DNA of 64,000 nt from Octopus vulgaris (lineage: Eukaryota), in assembly GCA_951406725.2 (NCBI GenBank), contig OX597814.1, forward strand, positions 74,648,001-74,712,000, given 5' to 3'. Under the pieces are notes generated by a model that was not told the origin of the DNA, did not search any database, and worked only from the letters and a program-made list of their open reading frames with translations. The position numbers and the translations under genes are program-made. Below, piece after piece: positions 46,942-62,458 of the stretch. Position 1 is the first letter of the stretch; each line of letters starts with the position of its first letter.

Positions 46942-47082
46942 TCTTCTAAAATATACCAGCTGACTTGGAAGCCTACAACGGATCCCTAGCTCCAGCCTCA
47001 GCTGTGAGCTTGGAACCTAAATGATTACCAGTTATGGCATTTACGCAGTGTACCTATTGGTTCAGATCATCAGTGATATATA

Positions 47083-48279
47083 TAGGGTGTCCCCCCAAAA
47101 ATGTATATACACTTTAAATAATTGTAAAGTAGGTGTTTATTGAAATACATTTGATTTTCAAATTTTAATAGACTCTACATATATTATTTTATTGTTTTGT
47201 AAACGCCTTTTTTCTAACTGACGTTCGTTCTGGTCCAGTGGTCCAGACACAGCTGACAATGCGAAGCAATGGAATCGCAAACATCACGAAGCAATTTGTT
47301 TGCTATTTGTGTGCATTCTTGTTCAATGGCGTCTCTCAAATCAGCGACTGTTGCAGGTTTCATAGCATAGACTTTCTTTTAGGTATCCCCATAAAAACAG
47401 TCTAGTGGTGTGAGGTCTGATGAACGCGGAGGGTATTCAACGAAATCCCTTCGTCCAATCCACTTGTTTGACAAGATCTCATCAAGGAAACGCGATGGTA
47501 GTGTGGGGGTGCCCCATCTTGCTGATAATAACTCCTCATCTTCAGGGTCTTCTCTAATGCTTGGCATGACAGACTGTTGCAGCAAGTTCAAGTAAACGGG
47601 ACTAGTTACAATAGCATCAATAAAGAATGGCCCAATTAATCCTCTTGATGATAAGTCACACCACACTAAATTCTGGTAAATTAACATGGTGCTCCACCTA
47701 ACACGCGGATTCTTAGGTCCCCAGTAGGTGCAATTGTGATGGTTAATTGAACCAAGTTCCATCTGTAGTAAATCCTTCGCTCGATCTGATCATTTAATTA
47801 AAATACTGCACTCTTGGGTCTGAATCATCGTCATTAATAGTATTGACTAATCTTGGAACGTAACTTTTCCATTGAAAACGCTTCAAAATGCGCTGGACCG
47901 ACGATTTTGAAATAACTACCTCACGACTCGCTTGCCGCACAGATTTTCTTGGACTTTGGTGATACGTTTCCAGCACCCCTTCTTGCTTTGTTGGGGTTGT
48001 CGATATTCATGGTCTTGTGGACATTCTGAACAGTTCTATCGGGTTCAAACTTATCTCTAATTCGAGTGATGGTGGATCTGTTTGAAACTACCTTCTAAAC
48101 TGTCATTGCACTTCAACTGCGATTTCACACTTCCAGTAGCATTTTAGAATGAATTTCATGTGTTCAAAGCTTAGTCTGACTGCCATCATTAATTCTAATG
48201 GATTTAATCTGGAAAGTAAAAACATCAATTGAGTTATCAGCTACTAAAATGTGTATATATTTTTGGGAGGGACACCTTG
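47083..48279 (-). mobile_element. Decayed Tc1/mariner-superfamily transposon with TIRs
   Basis: TIRs agggtgtccccccaaaaatgtatatacact / tgtgtatatatttttgggagggacacct; [12 protein letters not shown]...[16 protein letters not shown] and [12 protein letters not shown] motifs. Confidence 0.85.
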
Positions 48280-48280
48280 T

Positions 48281-48339
<59 letters not shown>

Positions 48340-48364
48340 ATACATACATATATACATACATACA

Positions 48365-50690
48365 AGCTCTTTCATGAGAAGACATACTCCTTCTGGAGTA
48401 AAAATCTGGAGTGAAGAGAAGGAGTTTAACCAAGATGCTCTGTAGCTGGAAGAAATCCGAAGAAGTTATTCCTCCTTCGTTACATCCAAGTCATACAACA
48501 TTGATGTGAAATTCTTGCAACTGTGATCCAGAAACTCCAGAATGGAAAAGAACCTGGAAGAGACTTGATTATTGGATATTCTACCGACCATATCTTATCA
48601 ATCTGTACCAGCAAGCTCTCATTGGGAACAGTAGCATACCACACTGGTTAGCTCTGGCAGAGACAAAATTGATCCCCAAATGCCAAACCACCGACATGGC
48701 AAAAAAACTACCGGCCAGCTGTATGCCAGAACTTAATGTATAAGATATATACAGCATCTTTAAACCTCTTCCTCCAGGACCAGGAACAAGCAGCTGGGAA
48801 GAAGGGAGTCTGGGAATATGCCGAGCAATTGTTAATCAACAAAATTGTGACGTCAGAGTTGCGAGAGCATAGGAGAAACCTAGTTTCAATGTGGCTAGAC
48901 AACAAGAAAGCTTTTGACTCTGTTCCCCACTAATGGATGCCAGAAGCCCTTCAACTTGATAAAGTTCCAGTGAGAATAGTCAAAGCCATAGCTGACCTGA
49001 TTTCATCGTCGGCTACCATCTTGAAATTAAACACAAAGAGTGACTGTATTATAACCGATAGAATACAGTATCGCAAAGGCATACTCCACGGAGACAGCCT
49101 CTTTGTGATGTTTATACGTTCTGTAAACCCCTTGTCATTCATGTTAAGGAAGTCTGAAAAATATCTCACTGGTTCACAAGGAAACAGAAATACCAAAATT
49201 ACAGTTTCTTTGTGGATGACTTGAAACTTATGCAAAGAATATGCATGAGATGAAAAAGAGTTTTGGCCTAGTTACAACATTCTCAAAAGATGTAGGGTTG
49301 GGGCTTGGTCAGGATAAATGTTATCATATGGTTGTGAAAAGGGGGGGGGGACTATAAACCAGACTGGTAACATCTCCATCAATGATTTGACTGTTTCCCC
49401 TGTGTCTGACGAGGGACGAGGACTGTTACAGGTATCTAGAGGTGGATGAAAATATCTTACAATGGCACCGGTAACAAAACACGTGTCACTAAAGAATATT
49501 ACAGCCGAACACAGAAAATTTGTATCTCAGAACTGTTTGCATTCAATAAAACAGTAGCCAACCATGTTTTTGCAGTGCCAGCATTTGGGCTGCTTGATTG
49601 GACTCTTGATGTGATCCGAGCCATTGATATGAAAACCCGAAAAATACTAATAAGCACACATAATTTCCACATGAACAGTGACGTAGACCGCCCTTACCTA
49701 AAACGAAAACAAGGCAGCAGAGGCTTAACATCGATCCAATATGCCTTTGAATGTTATATCAAATCCCTTCGGCAAGATTTTTTAACCACCAAGTGTCGAA
49801 GTGCATCCCTTGACCAAGTTTGCATACATGAGGCTGATAACATCAAAAGACTTGGAAGGCTGCTCCTTGAGCAACATTCTTTGTCTAATAACCTAGAAAA
49901 CGTGCCCAAAGAAGTCGTATGACTCTACCGCAACGTAACATCAGATGATAGGATGAGCCTATATGCGCAGAAGACTATGCATAGTTATGTTAGTTGAAAG
50001 CTCCGAGATGATAGTAACATCGATCATGAAAGCAGTTTACCATGGACCAATAGCCGGATTACTACCTCCCACTTTGAAGGGTATGCGTTTGTAATCCAGG
50101 ATCAGGAAATATCCACCAAGTACCTGATGCATAAAAGAAATAGTAATGCAGGAAAAGCAGTAAAATTTGACAACCGATGCAGACTTTGTGGAGTTAACAC
50201 CGAAGATATCACCCATATTATAAGCAGCTGACAGAAAATATCATCACGGTATTATCTACCGATGAGTCATGACGTTGTAGCTAGGACACTCTATAATGAA
50301 GGATAACCCGGAAGATAAAGAAATAAGAGCCCACAGTATGGTAGAAGCCATAGCCATTCATAATAAAAAGGAGTACATCCGACTTGATAAAATGATTTGG
50401 AACAGAAAAGAGAAACTGTGCACTCTTGTGGAAATTAGCTGTCCAGCGGATGTTAACATAAAGCTGTGAGAAATACGCAGTTACTCCATCCAGATTACAA
50501 GTTCAAGTTTATATCTGTATTGTGGGGGCTCTGGGATATGCAACACACTGCCTAAATACCAATCTTGATAAATCAAGCTTCTCAAAACCAGAAAGGAGAA
50601 AGCTAATTCGAAGACTACAAATCCAGTTCATCACTGAAACTGTAATAATCAGTAAAACTTTCCAGAAGTTTATAATTTAATTATGAGCAT
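48365..50690 (+). mobile_element. Decayed R4/Dong-clade non-LTR retrotransposon (RT and RLE)
   Basis: WLDNKKAFDSVPH, KGILHGDSL, VDDLKL, RKQGSRGL, CRLCG, VEISCP and VGALG fragments with stops and frameshifts; flanked by (TACA)n. Confidence 0.85.
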
Positions 50691-51388
50691 GTTTACATAT
50701 GCAACTATATGCATGAGAATACATACATAAAGCAAAGTATACAAATCTGTTCATATACATACATACATACATACAAAAATACCCCGTTGTTGATGCTGAA
50801 ATTCCAATGAAGGAGCCTTGAATCTAGGTTAGAAACCGGCTCGTTCTCTATTCGCAAGAAATCTTGAATTAAAACTGAACAATGACATACACATTGACAC
50901 ATATGTTAGCATAAAGCTAAGGTTAGTGGTTTTCCAAACCTTAACTTTGAAGATATTTGACATCTTCTTTATACTCACTCAAATTTGACTATATTATTTT
51001 ACGTGTATTTAGGGTAAGACAGAATTTTCTTTGATACCCATATATGTGATAAGGAACTGGCGTTTAGTTATTGATTGATGTTGTTCGGATCTTTCTTTCA
51101 TGTAGTTTTCTCCATTTCTGAACAGCTCTTAGCTTATTTTGTCATCTATTTCTCTAATTGTGCATGTGAAAAAACAAGTCATTTTGAGTCCCTTAATTTG
51201 CTCTGTATCAGATTCAGAATTTTTATACTTGAAGAATTTTATGCTCGTTTTTATTCAATTACAAATCAGAGATTTGGCTAAAAGATACACATGGCGGTGC
51301 CCCAGCATGGCCACAGCTCATAAGCTGAAACTAGAATCAATCAATCAATCAATCAATCAATCATACATACATACATACACATGAACGC

Positions 51389-51424
<36 letters not shown>

Positions 51425-51434
51425 CATGAATTGA

Positions 51435-51481
51435 AATGCTACTGATGAAGCTCAATGACGCAGAAATGCGCATTTAGCGTT
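51435..51481 (+). ncRNA. Minimal hammerhead ribozyme-like motif
   Basis: aatgcta-CTGATGA-agctcaatgacgca-GAAA-tgcgca-tt-tagcgtt: stem I pairs, palindromic stem III, weak stem II. Confidence 0.5.
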
Positions 51482-51601
51482 CTGCTACAGATATTATGTG
51501 TTATTCAACAGCACCTTTATAAGAGATATTATTTCCGGTTGAATACCATAGTTAACTTGACTTTACGTCATACACACACATACACACACACACACACACA
51601 C

Positions 51602-51678
<77 letters not shown>
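51602..51678. repeat. (AGAT)n microsatellite
   Basis: Direct reading; another (ATCT)n at 63650-63718. Confidence 0.95.
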
Positions 51679-51679
<1 letters not shown>

Positions 51680-52769
51680 GAAAAATTGAAAATGGAGACA
51701 AACACTCAAGATGTTATTAAATCATTTATGTCTATATATCATCGACATATGTTTTCGATGGATGCATTCAAAAAACATCTGACAGGATAAATAATGTTGA
51801 GCAATGCATCAATCTTATTAGGGAAGATATAAACAACAGTGTTCATCAATAGACATTTTAACATATAAAAAACTCCGACATATGTGATGCCTATATATAT
51901 ATATAGAGGGAGTGTTTGTCCAGGATAGGACTACACAGCCACAGCAGGAAATGTATCAGGACATGAAATGTAAAAGCCGGACTGGACTATTTTATGCGCA
52001 ACTCCATTGTCTCCCGAGACAAAAAGGATGCCAACCAATATATATATATATATATACCTATATATATATATACACGTGTTCAGTCACACACTCCTACATA
52101 CATAAGCATACATACACATACCAACGCACAAGTACATACACACATCCATAAACATGTATATACATACTCATGCATACATACATACACATACTCACACATA
52201 CATAAGCACATTCATACATACATAAATGTACATGCATATACATTCAGGAACACCTACAAACATACACGTATATACATATATGGAAAGCGAAGTTGTGAAG
52301 GGAACGCTAAAAATTTGAAAATGTCGTTGAGGAAACAGACACCATAGGGCGAGAGAAGAAGAAAAGGATCAGAGGAAGAAAGAGGGAGTGAAAGAACAAA
52401 ATTAAAGAAGAAAGGGAGGAACGAGCAAGAAGAGAATAGAAGACAGATAGAAAATAAAAGATGAAGGGAAGAATATGGGTTATGGGAAGTAAGAATAAAG
52501 AATAACGATAAGTTGCAGAAATTGTTATTAGGTGAGGGGTAGATATTATTTGAAAAAGAAAGCGGAAGAGTGTTTTCTCCAATATAAACACCTGTAAGCT
52601 CGTTCATTAAATGTGTTTACCAGTTTATGTTTAGAAAAGAAGATAGATAGTTGCTCGTCCGTACAAAGAGGACAAAAGGATTTCCTTTTATCATAGGGGA
52701 ATGATCTGGATAAAATTTTCCAATCTAAAGAAAAAGTTTGTTGGAGTCTTTAAGGTGCCAAATTATATA

Positions 52770-52805
<36 letters not shown>

Positions 52806-52858
52806 TGTATGTATGTATGTATGTATGTATGTATGTGTGTGTATACATATATATGTGT

Positions 52859-53137
52859 GGAGGCACATGGCCTAGTGGTTAGAGCAGCGGACTCGCGATC
52901 GAGGGATCGGGGGTTCGAATTCAGACCGGGCGATGTGTATGTTTATGAACAAAACACCTAAGCTCCACGAGGCTCCAGCAGAAGGTAATGGCGAACTTCT
53001 GCTGACTCTTTCCTCCTGCATCTAGCTGCTCACCTGCGATGGCCCGGTGTCCCATCCGGGTGGGGAACCTATACGCCAATGAAACCGGGAAACCGGCCCT
53101 TATGAGCCAGGCATGGCTTGAGAAGGAACAAAACAAA
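52859..53137 (+). mobile_element. tRNA-derived SINE (second family)
   Basis: tggcctagtggttagagc (A box)...ggttcgaattc (B box), body, and A-rich end aacaaaacaaaaa. Confidence 0.75.
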
Positions 53138-53320
53138 AATACATATATATGTAGGCATAGGCGTGGTTGTGTGGTAAGAAGATACGTGGCTTACCTCCCT
53201 ACCACATGGTTCCGGGTTCAGTCCCATTGTGTGGGCACGTTAAGTGTCTTCTACTATAACCTCGGGTCAACCAAAGCCTTGTGAGTTGATTTAGTAGAGG
53301 GAAACTGAAAGAAGCCCGTC

Positions 53321-53382
<62 letters not shown>

Positions 53383-53688
53383 TTATGTATGCGTGTCCTT
53401 GTGTTTGGGTTTGTCCCCCCCCCCCCATCACTTGATGACCGATGTTGGTGCTTTTATGTCCCCATAACTTAAAAGTTCGGCTAAAGAAACCGATAGAGGC
53501 TTACATAAAATTAGTCCTGGGGTCGCTTTCTTGAAATATCCAGTAAAACTATAACTTTGTTTTGTTTACCTAATCTTTTTTGTACTTAACCTTATATCTT
53601 CACGTCGTTCCAGCCTTACCCAACAAGTCTCTTTAAAGTAATATCATACAATGCTTCACTAAAACTACTCTAGTTTAATATACATACA

Positions 53689-53744
<56 letters not shown>

Positions 53745-53943
53745 GTGTGTGTGAGTGTTTCGTTTTTGCATTTGGTTTACAAAATTCTTTATGTGAATTC
53801 GTGTGTTGAAGTATATTTTATTGTGTCTGAAGAGAGTAATTCTCTTTTAGTAAGTTATTATTTAGCACACTCACTGGTTCGATTCATATACATACATACA
53901 TACATACATACATACATAAATACATATATACATACATACATGC

Positions 53944-53991
<48 letters not shown>

Positions 53992-53994
<3 letters not shown>

Positions 53995-55523
53995 GGTGAT
54001 GTAAAATAACTTATTTCAAAAATTTGAAGACGCCCTCTAATTTTATTTAATTTAGTGCAAAAAAATTAACATGCAAAATTTCAGCAGAATTGAAAACATT
54101 TTAGAGGTTACTACCATCCACTGAACATTTTATATATTGTTATTTTTTCAGTTTGTAAATAAATACATTTATTTATTTTGCAGATTTCATCACTCTGAAC
54201 CTCTTTCCGTAAACCTTCTCATCCCTTTCATTACTATAGATACCGTGGCCGAACATTCTACAATCATTTCTTTGCTGCGTCAGTGTAAGTGCGGCGTCAC
54301 TGATTCAGTATCGTTGTTGCCTTCGCTGAGAGTGGTTGTATAGAACTATAGCTGTGGCTGATTTGCACTCATGGAGCGGCATACACGTCACAAAACAGCT
54401 GTTTGGTTTATAGGACATCCTATAGAGTCCTTAAAAAAACTCAGCTTCCATCTAAGAGGGAAACATTAGCATTGTTTATGAACTACAAGAACAACAAAAA
54501 GCAACAGGTGATAACAGCGACTTTGTCGACTGCGTGAAATGCTATGGAGGTGTGGGAAAAGGCACGCATCTCAACAATGTTGAAATGTCATGTCGTGGAG
54601 AGAGTAAAGAAACTTAACGAGTGGGAGAAACTAAAGAACAGAAATAATAATACGAAGCAATCATCTACAAAATTTCAAAAACTAGAGTGCTGGTAAAATG
54701 AATTGGAAGATCTGTTTGACTTTGCACATGCAAGTGCACTTGACATGATAAAAATAGATGAAGATCGTGAGTTTTTGATGCTGCAACGACAAAAAGGAAG
54801 AAAGCGCAAAATGGCTGGAGGGGATAAAGTTTTTTCACAAATGGAAGAGATTGCTAAAGAAAAGAAAACATTGCTTGAAAAGAAAAGAAAGAGGGAAACA
54901 GCCGTTTTCGAAACAGCAGTGCTCTTAGGTTCAAGTCCTTCAAATTTGAATCATGATAGTTCAACATCAGAAGAAGAATTTGTTGCTGACCCTCAGCAGA
55001 TCAACTGCGAGACAAAGTAGATCAAAGTCTAAGAGTGCAAAGCTTGTGGATTCTTCAGTGCTTGTACCTCATGATGCTGCAAAAGTAAGTGATAGAGCTG
55101 ATTCGCCAATCTTGATCCAAACAATCAATGCTCTTGGACAAAACCCTGAAGAATGCAGTGTTAGTTATTCATCGATACGAAGAGCAAGACGATAGAACCG
55201 CAAGACAATGGTAGAAAGTTTGAAGCAGGATTTTGAAAAAAAATTGCCCTCTCGAAATACATTGGGACAGCAAACTAACAGAAAATGTTGAACGGCTGCC
55301 AGTTCTAATTTCCGGCCAAGGAGTTAATCAGCTTTTTGGTATTCCCAAACCTGCTAGAGGAACTGGTCAAATCATTACAGATACTGTCCACCTGTTAGTA
55401 TTGGAGTGGAATATATCTGACCAAGTGAAGGGCATGCCTTTTGACACCACTGCTTCCAACACAGTTTCTAAGAGTAGAGCTTGTGTGTTACTAGAGCAAA
55501 GATTGGATACAGATATGCTGTGA
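53992..55523 (+). mobile_element. Sola2-like DNA transposon, 5' half (decayed transposase)
   Basis: End tagggtgatgtaaaa next to (TA)n; motifs QLPSKR, EDLFDFAH, IHWDSKL, VERLPVLISG and FDTTASNT...ACVLLEQ. Confidence 0.7.
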
Positions 55524-55973
55524 ATATTTTAAATCTCCCTCAAAATAAAATAGTTAGGAAACTTACATACCTACAGCTTTCGAACACAAAACCCTTTAAT
55601 ATCTACAACTACTGTGTGAATACTTATCCTTCCCTTTCCCCCTGAGTGTTCGAAATCATTCCCCTTTTTATTCTAAGAACACTACCATTTCTCTCTGTGC
55701 GGTCATACAAAAGACCATGTTTAGTAAATCTACAACTTGTTTTCTTTTATTTTTAATCTCCCTGAGTATTCGAAAAGGTAAACATCCTTTTCATTGTAAA
55801 AGTCCTACTTTATTCTCCAACTGGACAGACAAACGAACATCTCAAGAAAACTTTAAAACTTTAATATATTACCCAAATACGTAAACACACCTTTTATTGC
55901 AACAACACAACTGAATTCAGAAATTCAAAAATTCAACGACGTGAATATCAGTATATATGTGTGTGTGCATATA

Positions 55974-57248
55974 TCAGGTCATCCTATAAGTTCTGTCCGA
56001 ATTTTGAATAAAGAAAACAAGTGATCAAACGTTATATTTAATTGAAATTTAATCATCAATATATTTTTGCTGATTATCTATGACTTGTTTCCATCTATTT
56101 ACAAGCCTTTTAATCCCATCAATGTAAAACTCTTTTGGTTTCAAAGCGAACAACTCTGAAATGTCAGTTTCGACCTCCTCCTGGCTTGCGAAAGTTATGT
56201 CCCCCAAATGATTCTGTAAACTACGAAACAAATGGTATTCTGAAGGAGCAAGTTCGGGAGAATAAGGTAGCTGAAGAATTTTTTCCCACCCAAGCTCTTC
56301 GATTTTCTGTGGTGTTATTTTTGCAGTGTGGAGTCGCGCATTGTCCTGATGAAACATCATTCCTTTTCGATTCATTAAAGTGGGTCTTTTTTCTTCAAAG
56401 CTTGATTCAAACGCTCTAATTGCTGACAGTAGACTTGAGCATTAATTGTTGCTTTAGGTGGTAACAATTCAAAGTGAACTACTCCTTTACAATCCCCCCA
56501 GATTGAAAGAAGAACCTTTTTCCTATGAAGTTCCCTTCTCGGTTGTGGTTGAGCTTTTTCCCTTTTACCAAGCCAAAGTTTACGACGTTTAACATTTCGA
56601 TAGCAGATCCATTTTTCGTCACCAGTCTATCAAAAATGGGTGAAATGAGTTCGTGAGAATGGAGGGAAGAGCAGATATCAACTCGGGATTTGCGGTTGCT
56701 TTCGAACAATTCATGAGGCACCCATTTTCAAAGTGTAGGAACCTTTCCAGGTTGTTGAAGATGACGATGAACAGTTGTATGGCTTGAACTAAGCTTTATT
56801 TCCAATTCTTCAACTGAAAACGCAGAATTTTCTACAAGTAATACCTCATGGAGCTTATCATCAAACTCAACTGGACGTCCTGTTTGATCTTCAATTTCAA
56901 GGCTGAAATCTCCACTTCTGGATTTTGCAAACCATCTTCTGCAAGTTCTTTCATTCCAGCATTCTTTCCCATAAACTGAGTGTATGTTTCGAATCGTTTC
57001 GGCTGCAGAGTTTCCTTTTTCGTACTCATAAATCATTATGTGCCTCAAATGCTCTTTGGATACTTCTATGTTAGAAAGGGTTTTAATCAAAGAAACTTTA
57101 ACTGTATTATTCTGTAAAATAATATTTAATTAGTTTAAATGTACACAAATGCATTAAAATAATTTTAATTCCATTAGATATTCTAAAATACTATTAAATT
57201 TCCTTCAATTTAAAAAAAGGTAAAATCGAACAAAACTTATGGGATGAC

Positions 57249-57252
<4 letters not shown>
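55974..57252 (-). mobile_element. Full-length decayed mariner (DD34D) transposon
   Basis: TIRs tcaggtcatcctataagtt / aacttatgggatgacctga with TA flanks; HTH (ERTCRRWFAKSRSGDFSLE), PHEL, HQDNARLH and PYSPELAPSEYHLFRSL. Confidence 0.92.
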
Positions 57253-57287
<35 letters not shown>

Positions 57288-57294
57288 TCTTTTT

Positions 57295-58103
<809 letters not shown>

Positions 58104-58403
58104 GTATGTATGTGTGTGTGTGTGTGTGTATTTAGTAAATCTTAAAAATTTACTATCTGCAACTTGTTTTCTTCTCTTTTTGACTATCCCTGAGTATTCG
58201 AAAATGTGAACATTCATTGCAAAAGTCCTACAATTGGACAGACAAACGAACATCTCAAGAAAATTTTAAGACTTTAATGTATTACCCAAATGTGTAAACA
58301 CCTTTTATTGCAATAACACAAATGAATTCAGAAATTCAAAAATTCAGCTAAGTGAATATCAGTGTATATTTGTGTATACAGATTTTGTCTCTAATTTAAT
58401 ATA

Positions 58404-58453
<50 letters not shown>

Positions 58454-58906
58454 GTTTTTTCTACCTGTAATTACAAATAGTACAGATTGAATTGCTTCTT
58501 TTCAAGGCAGAGCACTCAGCAGCCACTGCTAGTAGTAAACACATTTGATCTCTGCTGACCCAAAGAGTGCAAAGATTCTTTTGGCTCTGTGGCTGACCTC
58601 TCCACCATCTGCCGAATCTATTTATAAACCTGTTGAATATGATCTATTTACCGAACTGCTGGCCAAGTATTTCCTCCAACAATGGTAGTGGTGATGATGG
58701 TGATAATGATAAAAATAAAAATAATAATTATATGCTGCAACTGCTGATACTAAATACTACTAATACTACAATAATACTACAACTACTACTATTATGATAG
58801 CGCAGGAATCTGAAGCCCAACTACCACCCTTACCACTAACCCCACCCCTGTTGCTGTTGCAACAATAATATCAGTGATATCAGTGATAATAATAATAATA
58901 ATAATG

Positions 58907-58942
<36 letters not shown>

Positions 58943-58946
<4 letters not shown>

Positions 58947-60530
58947 AAGGAAATGTGTGGCGCCTCCTCATGGGCTAATTAATGATACATCTAGTGATGG
59001 CGTTACAATAAAATCATTGGTAATTGCGCAACCTGATAATCGCTACCTCATATTAGTGACAATGAAAAAACAAAATATTGTGAATAACGGTGGTAATGAA
59101 ACTGAAGCCATTGATGGTAATAGTGTTAAACCCGGTAGGCTCAGCGATTCTGGTCCGGCTCCAGCCTGTCGATATCCAGAAAGGGACCACCACACACAGC
59201 GTAGATGGAGTGGTCATGGAGTGTTACTACCTGAGCAACCCGGTAGATGAAAATGGTGCTCAAATTAGGGTTTACCGACAACGTATGTATGATCATTGGA
59301 GATAAAGGGATTGTTTCAACTCACGGAACAGAGACTATGTGATCAAGCTGGAGCAATAAGAAAAATTTGTTGGTTCACAGAAGTAGAGCTCGAAGCTATC
59401 AAAAGACGGGTTATGGAAAATAGCAGCAGAGATAACAATGAAAATGCAGTTCTTACTAATAAGAGTAATCTCATAGCACAGGAAAGGAGTAGTGATTGTT
59501 TACTTGATGAGAGACATATAGATGATCTAAAAGAAGACAATAAAACTAGTGGCGACATGACAGATGAACAAAAGGTAATCTACGACAGAATAAAGGCAAG
59601 ACTACAGGAGAACGATAGCGACATTATTTGCAACCATAAAAAGGTTGATCGACGGAAATAGAACCAAGAAACGAAAAATGTCAAGAAAATTCTGAAATAC
59701 ATCAGAACAAACAACACAGAAACAAATAATTTGATCAAGGCAAGAAGTATTGTTGTAGCAGAAAACGTTGGTGTTGATATCAAGAAAAAGAAACATAATG
59801 GGAGTAACAAAAGAAAAGATCCATGGCGGAAAAGAAGAAACCAGCCGCTGTTAGACATGCTCTCGGAGGAAATATCTGTGTTACATCGAAAATAGAAAGG
59901 AGAGCTTAAAAGCAAACAAAAATACAGGGCGCTGAAAAGGAAGTATAATAATGAAAGGGCCTGAAAGTAGTAATGGAGGAACTGAAGCAGTACCTAGTTG
60001 CAAAGAAAGCAAACATGGTAAGATACGACCAAAGAATGAAGGGTTACCACCAAAACAGGTTATTCAGAGTAGATCAGAAGAGATTCTATAAAGAAATAAA
60101 CGGTGAGTGTACAGAGGAAAAGTTATACCAGATAGCATTGAAAGTCAAAGGTTTTGGAGTGACAACTGGAGCAAAGACAAGGAGCACAAAAAGGATGATG
60201 AATCGTTGCAAGAACTGAAACAAACAGTAGTCTGTCCAAAACAGGCAGAACTAGTCATTTCAATTAGGGAAGTGAAAGAAATCAGCAAAAAATGAGCAAC
60301 TGGAAGTTTCCGGGACCACATGGAGTTCAAGGATACTGGATCAAAAGATTCGGTGAATGTCATGCACAAATAGTTGCGCAACGTAACACCTTGTTACACC
60401 AGAGTGGTTGACATTGGGTAGGACATTAGTGTGCCTGAAAAACATCGAAAAAGGCAATACGATAGACAATTATATGCCGATATCCTTTGACTCTGTATCT
60501 TCTGGAGGAGTTACCTCAAGCCTTTATATA
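58943..60530 (+). mobile_element. Decayed R4/Dong element, 5' portion, in (AAT)n
   Basis: VMECYYLS..YRQRMYDHW, TEQRLCDQAGAIRK, QNRLFRVDQKRFYKEI, NWKFPGPHGVQGYWIK and [10 protein letters not shown]; (AAT)n on both sides. Confidence 0.8.
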
Positions 60531-60545
60531 TTAATAATAATGATA

Positions 60546-60589
<44 letters not shown>

Positions 60590-61095
60590 CTCAAATTTTG
60601 CCATAAGGGCAGTAATTTTGGAAAAGGAGATGAGTTGATTACATCGATCCCAGTGTTCAGCTGTTACTTAATTTATCGAACCCGAAAGAATGAAAGCTAA
60701 AGTTGATCTCGGCGAAATTTGAACTCAGAACTTAGCGAAATACTGCTAAGCATTTCGTCTAGCGTGCTAACTATTCTGCCAGCTCACCGCCTAATAATAA
60801 TAACGACGAGGGTCTCTGCTTGCTTGTGAAATTAACGTGCAAGTGGCTGAGCATTCCACAGACATGTAGTTCTCAAGGAGATTCAGCGTAACACAGATTG
60901 TAACACAGGTTGTTAGGACGCCGGGCAAAATGCTTAGTGCCATTTCGTTCTGAGCTCAAATTCCTCCAAGGTCGACTTTGCCTTTCATCCGTTTGGGCTC
61001 GATAAAATAAGTACCAGTCAAAATTCCTGACCTTGTGCCTAAATTAAAAATCAGTATTGTATATATATAAAAGTTCTGAACAGCTTTCCAAATGT

Positions 61096-61167
<72 letters not shown>

Positions 61168-61170
<3 letters not shown>

Positions 61171-62458
61171 GGTGATGCAAAAAAGGGGTTAAAAATTCTT
61201 TTTTTCAATTTACAGGGAGACACCCTCTTTTTGTATTAATATTCCTAAAAAAGAATTTTATGCGAAATTTGGTGTTGAAAAAGTGAAAATTAGCGGTTGC
61301 TACCAAGTTTTAAAAATAAATGTATATCAGTTTGTGCATAAAAATATTGTTTTGTTTATATTTTCGCCGGAACTGCTTTGATATGTACCTAGTTAACCTA
61401 GTTTGAAACGATGACATTCTAGGCTATAGTACGCAGTGAGGTACAGCATATAGCGCGTTAACTTTCTTTTTATGTGGAAGTTTCCCAAATAGGCATATCA
61501 TAACCACTTATGTAAGTTTATTTTTGTGTTTTGTGAAGTAAAAATGTTTTCTTGTTTTTGTTTGAGAGTGACGACCTGTAACTTTTAACAATTTGAAGAA
61601 GGCATTGTTTCTGCTCTTGATACACCTCTTTCTGCAATGTTGTTTACCCCTTTGAGTCCATATGCGATATCTCTTGCATTCGCACAACTTTCATCATCAT
61701 TCCATTCTTCAGCAACTTTTTCAAGAAAAGTGCAAGGCACCTCTAGGATTTCAAAGAATCTTTTTCTGTTGGCAGTAATGAAATCCTGCAGTTGTTTCTC
61801 CCCAGCTGATTCAGGATTTATTGATGCTCGTTCGCTCGGTTTTGAGTCAACTGGTTTCTGCAGAGTATACTTCATTTTGTTTTTTGTCTCATGCGAAAGC
61901 AGCCGAATCAAAAAATGCAAGCGCTACAAGCTTCTCAGAGAGGTACTACAAATGTCTCAAAAACTTATTGACTGTAGCACTTGTAAATTTGTCATCTTTT
62001 TCCTTGTAGAGCTTAAGACTTTGCACAAAATGCAAATCAGAATGCGGGGCGCATGAGGGTATGAATGCCAGGTACCACGATCTGATTTATATCGCGGCTG
62101 AAAAGTAGCAAACATCTCTCAGTCCTTTTTCATCTCTTTCAGTTAGTTTAAACTGAGATTTAAACATCCAAATTTTAATGCAGTACATTAGCTTGGCCAT
62201 CCATCGTGCTCTCTGGTAAGCTCCGGGTGCTTTAAAGCTGATTCTTGACTTAGGGGTACTACTGAGGTACATGAGCGTTAGCTCGAGAAATTCCTTGTAG
62301 TCATCACGAGGCTGCTGTTCATCAAACTGCGCTTGAGCAAATTGAATGATTTCGTCAGCATCTGCGATTTTCTCACTGTTAGGATCATCTGTTGCTATCT
62401 GGTAATTGTTTTTGCCAATTTCCACCCACTTTGCTTTGAATCTCTTAAACAGTAGAAG
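61168..62458 (-). mobile_element. Sola2-like DNA transposon, 3' half (inverted relative to the 5' half)
   Basis: Minus strand LLFKRFKAKW, PRDDYKEFLEL, APGAYQRARWMAKLMYCIKI and VNNIAERGV; end tagggtgatgcaaaa beside (TA)n. Confidence 0.7.
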
